From positions 3,224,001 to 3,288,000 of the forward strand of contig CATNEN010000005.1 of assembly GCA_950097015.1 (NCBI GenBank): a DNA stretch of 64,000 bases, written 5' to 3'. This stretch comes from Macrostomum hystrix (taxonomy: Eukaryota; Animalia; Platyhelminthes). Position numbers and translations under genes: made by a program. The stretch's first letter is position 1. Each line of letters begins with the position of its first letter. The notes under the pieces are model-generated. The model ran no database searches, was not told the origin of the DNA, and saw nothing but the letters and a program-made list of their open reading frames with translations. Positions 23,020-34,900 of this stretch are shown here, piece by piece.

Positions 23020-26000
23020 ATGAATATCCAAGGCTCGTTAAAGTTTGGCTCGGAGTCTAACCATGGCACAATGGGCAGCGTCCCACTCGCCAGTGGTACA
23101 CCTGTCGGAGCTGCGGCTGCCGCAGCATTGTCATTCGGCATCACTAAGGATCAGGCGGTCGACTGGGTGGTTCTGGCCAGTTTCGTGCCAAGCGAACCGT
23201 TCGGCCATGGTCCGGATAATGTCAAAGGCTGTTTGCACCGCGGCCTGGCCTTTCTCACCTACCTGCACTATATTAGCGAGGCCAATAGGAAAATAGTTAA
23301 TTGTCAGGTAAAGTAGAGTCTCTCGCAGGGTGTACATAGGCAGTTTAGTGTACAGCTATAGGCTGTTTAGTGTACAGCTATAGGCTGTTTAGTGTACAGC
23401 TATAGGCTGTTTAGTGTACAGCTATAGGCTGTTTAGTGTACAGCTATAGGCTGTTTAGTGTACAGCTATAGGCTGTTTGGTGTACAGCTATAGGCTGTTT
23501 AGTGTACAGCTATAGGCTGTTTAGTGTACAGCTATAGGCTGTTTAGTGTACAGCTATAGGCTGTTTAGTGTACAGTTATAGGCTGTTTAGTGTACAGTAC
23601 TGTACCCAAGTGGTCAGGGCGTGAAACTCGCGGTTTGAAGGTCGAGGGTTCGTTTCTTGACTCCACTGGAACAATTTGTATACTTTGACAAGGCACTTAA
23701 CTCTGCATTGGTTCAGCTTACCCAACTGTTACACTTGAATGAGCATGAGCTGGGGTAATTGAGGGCGTAAAATATTGTTTATAAATTAGTGTGAATCATA
23801 AACTCGCAGAATCCCATTGCTTAGGACCTCATGGCAACCAGCCTGACAACGGTGCTGCCGTTGACAACGAATGGAGACTATATCCGCCTCGACCAGAAGT
23901 CCCGCATGCAGACGGCCTCGCTATTGACGGCCAATTCAACTTGCAGATCGTCGTTTGCCAGCGGAGAGCCGGTGATTCACCTGGACTTCGCCATGATGGG
24001 CGTTCAGCTGCGCTCAATCCAGGGTCTGGACGGAGGCGAGATGGCGCTGCTTCTAGACCAGCCCAGCAACCAGACGCTGATCTGGGAGGCCCCGCACAGG
24101 CCAGGAACTTATCGGGGCCCGATGAAACTGCTGCAGATGCACTGCGACAGCTGTGCCACTGTAGCAAGGGAGCACGATCTGGACATTGTGCTGTGCCGAA
24201 ACGGAATAATCTGCTGCTACCCTATGGGCTCAACCATTTGCAGAAGGTGGTGCCGGCCGGTTGGGCTTTTGGGATTCAAAGTTGGGATCGGGGAGAAGGA
24301 GGATTTATAATTATGTAGAGACAGGATTGGGATCAGGTAGAGAGAGGATTTGGGATCAGGTAGAGAGAGGATTTGGGATCAGGTAGAGAGAGGATTTGGG
24401 ATCAGGTAGAGAGAGTATTTATGGGATCAGGTAGAGAGAGGATTTGGGATCAGGTAGAGAGAGTATTTATGGGATCAGGTAGAGAGAGTATTTATGGGAT
24501 CAGGTAGAGAGAGTATTTATGGGATCAGGTTGAGACAGAATTTGGGATCAGGTAGAGAGAGGATTTGGGATCAGGTAGAGAGAGTATTTATGGGATCAGG
24601 TAGAGAGAGTATTTATGGGATCAGGTAGAGGGAGGATTTGGGATCAGGTAGAGAGAGTATTTATGGGATCAGGTAGAGAGAGTATTTATGGGATCAGGTA
24701 GAGAGAGTATTTATGGGATCAGGTAGAGACAGGATTTGGGATCAGGTTGAGACAGGATTTGGGATCAGGTAGAGAGAGGATTTGGGATCAGGTAGAGAGA
24801 GTATTTATGGGATCAGGTAGAGAGAGGATTTGGGATCAGGTAGAGAGAGTATTTATGGGATCAGGTAGAGAGAGTATTTATGGGATCAGGTAGAGAGAGT
24901 ATTTATGGGATCAGGTAGAGAGAGTATTTATGGGATCAGGTTGTGACAGAATTTGGGATCAGGTAGAGAGAGGATTTGTGATCAGGTAGAGGGAGGATTT
25001 GTGATCAGGTAGAGAGAGTATTTATGGGATCAGTTAGAGAGAGTATTTATGGGATCAGGTAGAGAGAGTATTTATGGGATCAGGTAGAGACAGGATTTGG
25101 GATCAGGTTGAGACAGGATTTGGGATCAGGTAGAGAGAGGATTTGGGATCAGGTAGAGAGAGTATTTATGGGATCAGGTAGAGAGAGGATTTGGGATCAG
25201 GTAGAGAGAGTATTTATGGGATCAGGTAGAGAGAGTATTTATGGGATCAGGTAGAGAGAGTATTTATGGGATCAGGTAGAGAGAGTATTTATGGGATCAG
25301 GTTGAGACAGAATTTGGGATCAGGTAGAGAGAGGATTTGGGATCAGGTAGAGAGAGTATTCATGGGATCAGGTAGAGAGAGGATTTGAGAACAGATAAAT
25401 AGAGGATTTAAGATAGAGAGTCCATTACAGCATAGAGTAAAAAGTAATAATTAAGAATTCAGTATGAAACCATACTTTGCTCATTAATGACCTGGCCACC
25501 GAAGTTCAGAAAGGTGAACCCGACCTCACTCGGCTGCTATCTGTCATTCGTGTACTATGACAAGCTGGACAGCCAAATCTATGCCATCGACAAATCAGAT
25601 TTAAAGCTAATCTTCCGGTTCGATTCTTGGTGAGTTTAAAAAAAATCTTGAAGTACACAAGCTATGCCATTAACAGTACAAAAACTACTAGTATGGATTC
25701 GCCATAGACGTCGGTCTTCGGTCTTCGAATGGAATCGCTGAATATCTAGACGATGCTGACGTCGGACAGCTTTGAAAGTTAGTTCATCGTACAGGACGGG
25801 AAATGTTGATCCAAATGGTGGGTGGACTTTCACGAAAATGTGTCATTCGGTTTGGGAGCTATCTTGAAGTAGGTGCAGTGGCTATTTGAAATACTTCACT
25901 CTTTCTCGCCAGGGGAAAAAGGCATGGTATTTTACTGATAATTATTGTTTGTCGTTACCTGTATCTAGGCACGTTTGTCACTAAGCGATTTATATGAGCA

Positions 26001-27813
26001 AATTAGCTGATTTCAACTTTATTAAGTTGTAAGTCTGTTCCGTTTCTTATCAATTTTGTATACACATCAAGACTGGGGTTCCGAGGGCATTAATTGTCTC
26101 CTGGTCGCATGTCCACTGCAGCAGCTCCTAAAATGATAGAATGGGAAAATGCCTCACTGTTTTAGAGTCGGTGAAATGTAAACAAACTATCGGCTTGGCA
26201 CAATTGGGGTTGGGGCCAAATTTGACTAGCTGCTGATAAGGACTCAGCTATGGCAGCAGCAGGAATTCAAGTTCCTTATCAGTGCAGTTCAACTCATTCT
26301 GCCAGTCTTTGAGCTGGCCGTGAAATCCGTGAGAGTACCAATGGCCTTCGAATTACTCCCTTATCTCTTCTATAAAGCTATCTATATAGTATGCAGCTTG
26401 TGAATCTTCTGTTGCTAAATAATAGGCTGACGTCATTGTTTGTTAGTTCAACAAATTGATTGTTACCCTCCGCCTAATAATAGTTTCGAAGAAGATGATT
26501 GAATGTTTGCCATAAAATTTATTTGCTAATTAAAGATAGCATTGTTTCCTATTGGATTTCTTATGTTCTGCCCATTCTAGCTTTGAACTAAATTCTACAA
26601 ATCGAACTCGTGAATTACTGGCAAAACTATTACACCAGCAGGGCTATCTTTCGCAGGCTACTAATAATTAACTTTACAACCGGATTTCAGTCACTCAGTC
26701 ACTCTCTCAGTCACTCTCCCAGTCACTCTCTCAGTCACTCTCTCAGTCACTCTCTCAGTCACTCTCTCAGTCACTCTCTCAGTCACTCTCCCAGTCACTC
26801 TATCAGTCACTCTCTCAGTCACTCTCCCAGTCACTCTATCAGTCACTCTCCCAGTCACTATCCCAGTCACCCTCTCAGTCACTCTCCCAGTCACTCTCTC
26901 TGTCACTCTCTAAGTCACTCTCTCTGTCACTCTCTCAGTCTCACTCGCTCTAATCCGGCACTCGCAGGCTGGAGTCGCAGAAGTTGATCAAGCTCAACGT
27001 GCCCAATGACCGCAGCTTCAAGCCAGCCTTGATTTCCAGCCTCGATGGCATCCTACTTGTGACGTCATCAACTTTCTCCGCCTGCGCTGTGGTTGACAAA
27101 GCCAGGCATCACGTGCTGCAGCTGCTGCACCTGCACTCCGAAGAGATCATTTCGGGTCAGTGACATTGGAGTGCCATGAGACTCATATTAGAATGACAGT
27201 GATGGCAAATCTACTTTAGAATTCGGAGTTGAGTAGCTCAGTGAGTAAGTTAGTACTCACGACTTTTGTGAGTAGTAAAGTTTTAGTAACACGGGCGCGT
27301 ATGAAGTTTCTAGTGTCAAAAATAAAAAGCGGAATTAGTTCTACACTAGCTACTTAACAAGCTCCGTAAACACCACACACCATTCTCACAGACGAGCCAA
27401 TGATCAAACTGATTGGCAAAGGCGTTGCTATAGACCCAGATCTAGGCCTAGTTTTCATTGGCAACGTTAGCAACATCAACCAGAACAGCATCAGCGTGAT
27501 GTACCTGGACGAAGACACTGGCAGTCTGGAGGATCTGGCCACCATAATGTCGCCCTGCCAGCCGCATTGCATGACCTTCTTCCGTCAGCAATGCCTTCTA
27601 GTGCTAGTCGACGAGCTGGACAAGAAGATCATGCACTTTCTCTACCTGAACTACGACCTGCTGAAGAGCCGCATGCAGACTCAGAAGAGTCACGATCGGG
27701 CCATCCGGCAGCAGTTGTCTGGCTACGATGGATTGCAAAATGAGGAGTCGACCACCTTCGAGAATGAGTTCCTCACCGCTCGGGTTTTCCCCGTACTCAT
27801 CGATACCGACTGA
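23020..27813 (+). CDS. Five-exon gene of about 495 aa, orphan with beta-propeller-like C-terminus: 23020..23307, 23825..~24246-24259, ~25456-25463..25629, 26968..27155, 27392..27813
   Basis: ATG after an in-frame stop. Phase-compatible GT-AG junctions: NCQ|DLM, DS-W|LESQ and IIS-D|EPM. The exon 2/3 junction is ambiguous. The last exon contains GVAIDPDLGLVFIGN...NSISVMYLDEDTGSL. Confidence 0.7.
23340..23600 (+). repeat. 22-bp minisatellite in intron 1
   Basis: Tandem gtttagtgtacagctataggct units. Confidence 0.95.
23600..23770 (+). mobile_element. tRNA-derived SINE remnant with a CORE/V-like central domain
   Basis: A-box-like TACCCAAGTGG, B-box-like GGTTCGTTTC (23647), then gacaaggcacttaac...cagcttacccaactgt, resembling the CORE/V-SINE motif ggcaagNcacttaac...ctgtaaa. 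Confidence 0.5.
24325..25390 (+). repeat. 23/25-bp minisatellite in intron 2
   Basis: Interspersed units gggatcaggtagagagaggattt and gggatcaggtagagagagtatttat. Confidence 0.95.
26688..26945 (+). repeat. 12-bp minisatellite (cagtcactctct) just upstream of a splice acceptor
   Basis: About 21 units. Confidence 0.95.
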
Positions 27814-28019
27814 CTGCAGTTCAAATCAATCACGTTTTCATTGTTTATAAGACTTGCAATACATTGCTTACAAGCTGACTAGTAATTATATATTTGTTGC
27901 ATTTTGCCTAATAATTGCTGTTTTGTTAAAGTAGATATCTGGCATTGTTTTAAGAGAATCTGATCGAAGATAATAGAAAAAATCAGGGCCACATTTGCAA
28001 TCATAATCAAGGATAATCA

Positions 28020-28625
28020 GGAGTGATTTGACTGGATAATCAAGGGTGAGTTTACTGGATAATCAAGGGTGAGTTTACTGGATAATCAAGGGTGAGTTTA
28101 CTGAATAATCAAGGGTGAGTTTACTGAATAATCAATGCTGAGTTTACTGGATAATCAAGGGTGAGTTTACTGAATAATCAAGGGTGAGATTACTGGATAA
28201 TCAAGGGTGAGTTTACTGAATAATCAAGGGTGAGTTTACTGGATAATCAAGGGTGAGTTTACTGGATAATCAAGGGTGAGTTTACTGGATAATCAAGGGT
28301 GAGTTTACTGGATAATCAAGGGTGAGATTACTGAATAATCAAGGGTGAGTTTACTGAATAATCAAGGGTGAGATTACTGGATAATCAAGGGTGAGTTTAC
28401 TGGATAATCAAGGGTGAGTTTACTGAATAATCAAGGGTGAGATAACTGAATAATCAAGGGTGAGTTTACTGGATAATCAATGGTGAGACTACTGAATAAT
28501 CAAGGGTGAGATTACTGGATAATCAATGGTGAAACTACTGAATAATCAAGGGTGAGATCACTGAATAATCAAGGGTGAGATTACTGAATAATCAAGGGTG
28601 CGATTACTAGATAATCGAGGGGTAA
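28020..28625 (+). repeat. 23-bp minisatellite (ctggataatcaagggtgagttta)
   Basis: About 26 units. Confidence 0.95.
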
Positions 28626-29049
28626 TCAGGACCTTTAGAGCTTTTTATTTATAAACCAGTTCAGATTTAAGCCTGCAGAGAAGTTGCAATTGAAGACGGC
28701 TAGGCTGTTTTGTTTAAATGTTGCTCCGAAATGTCTGATAACTGGTCAGTTGGATCAAGTTGGTGGTGCAGGGGTGTGACAGCTGAGCAAGACCCCACAG
28801 CTGTACTCACCTACGTGAGAGGGCTCAGATTGAACGTGAGAGAGGCAGGGTTAGCAGAGATAACGGATTCTGTACGGCCAGACTGGCAACTCCCCATAGC
28901 GCAGGTCGCGAGTTCGAGTTTGTCCACCCAACAGCGCCCACCTCCACTGAGCAGAGCTCAGAGCTGCAGGACTCTAGCCCTACCAGAGCGTTCAACCGAG
29001 ATATCATGCAGTCTGTTCGGACTCACGCCAGCCAGTGACTTCGACTTCT

Positions 29050-30160
29050 CTGATAGCGGGTTGTTTGCTGTGCTTCCAACCCCTCCCTCCTTCTGATAAG
29101 GCGGTTGGTGGCTCTCGTCCGCAGAGCAATCGGTTCGAGGAAGATCGCTTTGAGCACTCGGCGGGTCGCGCAGCAAATTAGCGACAGACCGCGCGGAGGA
29201 GGGCGCGGCTGCGACAACCCCCTGCGCCCCCTTCGCCTTGAATCTCCCGCTAGCAGCTCCGGGTGAGAGAGGGAGAGAGGGAGAGAGAGAGAAGGAGAGC
29301 AGAGAAAGAGACGGGGCACAAAAATTTATAGGGCCTTCCTCTCGGCTGGTGTCCAGATTTGAAACAGACTGCAGCAACAGGTCCAGCGGCTCGCTAGCTT
29401 CGTAGATATGGTAAGTCACAGGCCCAGTGTGCGCGCGTGTGTGAAATGATAAAAATCCGCAGATTGCGACTGTCAAGGCGACTATCGAGACGACGGCTCT
29501 GCGCAGAGCAAGGGGGAATTATCAGAGTTCCGGATTTATCTGTGACCTTGGCTGGCTGTATCTCTCCTATGGGTGTGTGTGCATGTTATCGGCTTTTCGA
29601 AGTCCAAGTCTGATTTCCCAATGCGGCCCATTCTATTGCCCGCATTATCTTTGGGGGCTTGTCAGAAGGAATCTGGGTATCGGCCCGGCCGCGGCGTGGG
29701 GGCCGCGGCGTCCCCAAAGTGATACGGTATCTTTCTGATCGAGTCCTGCCGCTTCTCAGAAATATAAAGACCCTCCGCTGACTCCACTTCTATCTCTAAG
29801 TCGGCTGCTCCCACAATAATCACTCCCCTTCTCCCCTGATTGAGTCCTCTGGTGCAAAGGATTAAACCATTTTGCCAGCCATGAGTTTGGTCTCACAATG
29901 GGTTGGCATCAGAGGTGAGCAAATTCAGCGTTGCCTTCGCGCTTTTGAATTCGCCTGGCGACAAAAAAGATTCGCCACTTCGCACCTGGAGTGCCAATTC
30001 TCAGCTGTGCTCAGGTTTGCGCATGGGCCGTATCCCTAGAGCTTCCTAAATCACTTTCGCTTTGTAGTTCTCCGTCGTCTCGGCAGGGGTCTCGGCATGA
30101 TGCATCCCAGTGCAGCCATCAAAATGGGCATTAATCCCATTCGAGAATTGTTATCAGTCC
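29050..30160. promoter_or_regulatory. Cluster of WGATAR sites around the first exon and intron of GATA-B
   Basis: Sites at 29051, 29094, 29447, 29519, 29536, 29645, 29790 and 30151, in a GC-rich region with a GA-rich tract near 29265-29310. Confidence 0.45.
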
Positions 30161-31882
30161 CATTGCGAGCTGAATTTGGCAATTGCGCAATGCTCTTGAA
30201 GGGCCGGGAGTTTATGTTTTCACGTGGTTTGTGCCGTGGGTGGACTTGCCGCCCGCCACCCCAATGTTCCCTTTAGTCAGAGAAGCCGATCACACGATTA
30301 TTCAACCCCGCGCGTCGCGGACGCCTCTTTGATGTCGCCGACAGCCGTTCCGGCCCCTCTCTAATAGGGGACCCGCCAAACCCCCCTTCCTAAGCCGCCG
30401 AGTCCGCCGGGCCCCTCCAAATTCGTGCCCCATAAAGGTCTGGCTAAGCAGGATTTTCATTCCATCCTTTAGCTGCCCAGCTAGCTTATAAAGACTGAAC
30501 AAATTAAGTCTAGCAAGCTGTGCCCGTCTCAAACGGAAAGTTAAATATTATTTTCTGCACTGTGAAAATTGCGGCACAAATTAGTTGATAGAAAACTGAG
30601 TTTTTAAAGTTCAAAGTAGATATTGAATATCAATCCGGATTTCGAGCAGACAACAATATCAAAGCCATTGCGGAACACCGCTTGTAGGAGCCTGTTCAAC
30701 TATCATCGGAGGATCCAGATTCTTCAACGTCAGCTGCAGCGGCAGCAGCGGCGGCGGCAGCGGCGGCGGTGGCAACAGCTGCTTCAACAGTCTACCTTAA
30801 CGTCAGCGGCGGCGGCGGCGCTGGTAGTGCGAGTGGCAGCGGCTGTGACATTGAGGAAGCGTCAGGGGATCCAGATCAGCAACAGCAGCATCGCCACCTC
30901 CAGCAGCAGCATCAGCATCAGCAGCAGCAGCAGCAGTTGCTTGTTAGTAACGCCAGCATTGGACAGCAGCTGCAGCACCTCACAATGACAATCGAACAGC
31001 AGCAGCAACAGCAGCAGCAGCAGCACTCGGACACTCTGGCTGCCATGTATGACTATGAGACTGGTCACATGAAAATGGAGACCGCTGACTATCACACAAT
31101 GACCGGGTTCGCAGGCTATCCGATGTACAATCAGGTGTCATTTCTGCAGGCTGAGACTGGCTTTGCTTATCAGGTAAGTGAGCAGCGAAGCTTGAGTGCC
31201 AGCAAACTTAGATGATTAGTTTAACTCCCTCTAAATGTATTCACCGCTTTTCCCAGTCCACTTCACACCTCCGGCAAGCTTAAAACTCCAATTAATTCTT
31301 AGCACGAACAGGGTGACAAAGTTTTAATTTAGCCCGTAATTGGAGGTGTGAAAATAATGCCCAATGCTTACAACCGTTTTATTGCCATTGTTAAATAAAT
31401 TATCCAAAACAATTAGGCTTTCACAGTAAAAAATGGGATAGGGAATTTTATGCTACTGCGTGCTTAATATAAAAATATACGCACTGCCTATAAAAAACGT
31501 TAAATCTGTAAGATTAGCTAATTAAGTCTAAAGTTACAAATAAAATAGTAGAATAGTCTAATAAGGTCTATAAACTTAAAAACCTGTGGAGCAGAATCAT
31601 GAGAGTAGAATCAATGGATTATAATTAGAGCAATAGAATCAGTGGAGTAGAGTCAGAGGAATATAATCTACACAGTAGAATTTGCAAGGTAGATTTGGAA
31701 AGTGGATTAGAAACAGTCACAGTGAAGTAGCCATAGTGGAATGGAGTTGTGAATAATATTATTTGTGAACTATCCATTGTTCCAAGCGGCTTACTTTATG
31801 AGTGCAGCAAAGTTTTGCAAATTTTAAAATTTCACAGGAGCAACAACAGCATCTGCATCCTCAGTTGCAGCAGCAACAGCAT

Positions 31883-31925
<43 letters not shown>

Positions 31926-34900
31926 TACAGCAGCAGCAGTCAGTTGAAGAGCACCAGCTGAAGTACCTTCGCGTTAGTAGCGACGACTCCGCATCGATGA
32001 AAGCGGCCGCGGCAGCCGCGGTCAGTTTGCAATACTTCCACGACGGCGGCGCTGACTACATGGGCTACCCGGTGGTGCAGCCGGGCCCCGTGTCTGCCGC
32101 GGCCTACATGGCCCAACCGGTGTCTGCAGGTCGAGCGACGCAGGCGGCCGGCAGCGTCGGCTATCCCAGCTGGTCCATCGACTCGGCAGCCGCGGTGGCA
32201 GCAGCCGCTGGTGTGGACATGGCCTGTATCTACGGGGACTGGACCAGCCAGCAGCAGCAGCAGCAGCAGCAGGTGCAACAGGTTCAGCAACAGGTACAGC
32301 TGCCCCATCAGCAGGTGGTTGTGGCTCAAACTGGCGCCTACAATGCCTGGGACCCCTCCAACCGGTATAGTAACTGCTACCTGCCATCCATGTCCAACGA
32401 GTTTGCCGGTGAGCCATCAACTAGCTATTGTTCTGCGCTTAGGTGAAGGGATTATATTAACTGGGCTAAAATACACAAAGGAAAGCTCGAGAAGATCACA
32501 GTAGAGTGGAGTAGATCACAGTGGAGTGGAGTAGATCACAGTAGAGTGGAGTAAATCACAGTGGGGTGGAGTAGATCAAAGTAGAATGGAATAGATCACA
32601 GTAGAGTGGAGTAGATCACAGTGGAGTGGAGTAGATCACAGTAGAGTGGAGTAGATCACAGTAGAGTGGAGTAGATCACAGTGGAGTGGAGTAGATCACA
32701 GTGAAGTGGAGTAGATCAAAGTAGAATGGAATAGATCACAGTGGAGTGGAGTAGATCAAAGTAGAGTGGAGTAGATCACAGTGGAGTGGAGTAGATCACA
32801 GTGGAGTGGAGTAGATCACAGTGGAGTGGAGTAGATCACAGTGGAGTGGAGTAGATCAAAGTAGAGTGGAGTAGATCACAGTGGAGTGGAGTAGATCACA
32901 GTGGAGTGGAAAAGATCACAGTGGAGTGGAGTAGATCAAAGTAGAGTGGAGTAGATCACAGTGGAGTGGAGTAGATCACAGTGGAGTGGAGTATATCAAA
33001 GTGAAGTGGAGTAGATCACAGTGGAGTGGAGACTGGAGTAGATCACAGTGGAGTGGAGTAGATCACAGTGGAGTGGAGTAGATCACAGTGAAGTAAAGTA
33101 GATCACAGTGGAGTAGAGAAGATCACAGTGGAGTGGAGTGGATCAAAATGAAGTGGAGTAGATCACAGTGGAGTAGAGTAGATCACAGTGGAGTGGAGTA
33201 GATCACAGTGGAGTAGATCACAGTGGAGTAGAGAAGATCACAGTGGAGTGGAGTGGACCAAAGTGAAGTGGAGTAGATCACAGTGGAGTGGAGTGGACCA
33301 AAGTGAAGTGGAGTAGATCACAGTGGAGTGGAGTAGATCACAGTGGAGTGGAGTAGATCACAGTTGAGTAGATCACAGTGAAGTGGAGTAGATCACAGTG
33401 GAGTGGAGTAGATCACAGTGGAGTAGAGAAGATCACAGTGGAGTGGAGTGGACCAAAGTGAAGTGGAGTAGATCACAGTGGAGTGGAGTAGATCACAGTG
33501 GAGTGGAGTAGATCAAAGTGAAGTGGAGTAGATCACAGTAGAGTGGAGTAGATCACAGTAGAGTGGAGTAGATCACAGTAGAGTGGAGTAGATCACAGTA
33601 GAGTGGAGTAGATCAAAGTAGAGTGGAGTAGATCAAAGTAGAGTGGAGTAGATCACAGTGGAGCTCTATAGAAAAGGTCAGAGTAGACTAGAGTAGACTA
33701 GAGTAGACTAGAGTAGACTAGTAAATCATAGCAGATTGTCACCTGGGTTATTCAAGTTTTGAGTAGGCTGCATGCTACTAACTAGAAAGGTCTCTTAGAA
33801 GAATATGAAAGAAATTGCGTGGACATATGCCCACCATTGACTGCACCCTCAACAGATGACCCAGCACAGATTTCTAGGGGGAGCTGGGCCCATAGGTTTC
33901 TAGAATAAGCGATTTTATAGTGTTCGGAAATACTAACCACAGTATAGGCCTTGAATCTCTTATCAGTATCGAACTAAACTGAGCAGTCCAGATTTATATA
34001 ATATTCTAACTTCCAAGACAGGGGCTTGGAGGGGGGCTGTTGTTAGTTACACAACAGATAACACTGTTTGCTCGAAATATTCGTTGCGTTTTGTGACGGT
34101 GCGTGCAGTTCGCGGGCCACTCAACTCGGCCTGTGCTGCACTGATTTCCACCAAAACTGACTAAAAGCGTGGCTAAGAAGCAGTGTGATTCGTCTCTCAA
34201 CTGGCTGAGCAACATAAAAATACTGAGCAATTTTTTTACCTCACCGTGAAGGTTAGGATACTTAAGGAGGTACTGCCATTGCTGCGCTGATAAGGAAAGC
34301 AAGAAGACACACAAGAAGAAACACTTGCTTGGTTCTGCTGGGACAATGCTGCAGGTTTCTGGGACTAGCTTGTATAATGTGCAACTTTAGCTGTTTCCAA
34401 TTTCTCACTGCATAAATTCCAGTTAGATAGCTCGTATGGCACGGCAATACGAAACCTACTCAAATCCCATTCTATCCCACTCTGATCCTATTCCCTAATC
34501 TCAAATCCCATTCCATCCCACTCTGATCCTATTCCCGAATCTCAAATCCCATTCCATCCTACTCTGATCCTATTCCCTAATCTCAAATCCCATTCCATCC
34601 TGCTATGATCCTATTCCCGAATCTCAAATCCCATTCCATCCTACTCTGATCCTATTCCCGAATCTCAAATCCCATTCCATCCTACTCTGATCCTATTCCC
34701 GAATCTCAAATCCCATTCTATCCCACTCTGATTCAATTCACTAATCTCAAATCCCATTCCACCCCACTCTGATCCTATTCCCTAATCTCAAATCCCATTC
34801 CATCCTGCTATGATCCTATTCCCGAATCTCAAATCCCATTCCATCCTACTCTGATCCTATCCCCGAATCTCAAATCCCATTCCTTCACACTCTGATCACA

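Noticed and set aside
19340-25390. Long regular arrays resembling CRISPR repeats
   Set aside because: Units are head-to-tail with no unique spacers, there are no cas genes, and the context is eukaryotic.
28710-29476. ORFs of 128 and 172 aa upstream of GATA-B
   Set aside because: No recognisable domain; the region is better explained as a GC/GA-rich promoter and 5' UTR.
29878-29920. Alternative first coding exon for GATA-B (gccATG...AG|GTGAGC)
   Set aside because: It ends in phase 1, incompatible with the phase-0 acceptor at 30688; the ATG|GTAAGT exon at 29408 fits better.
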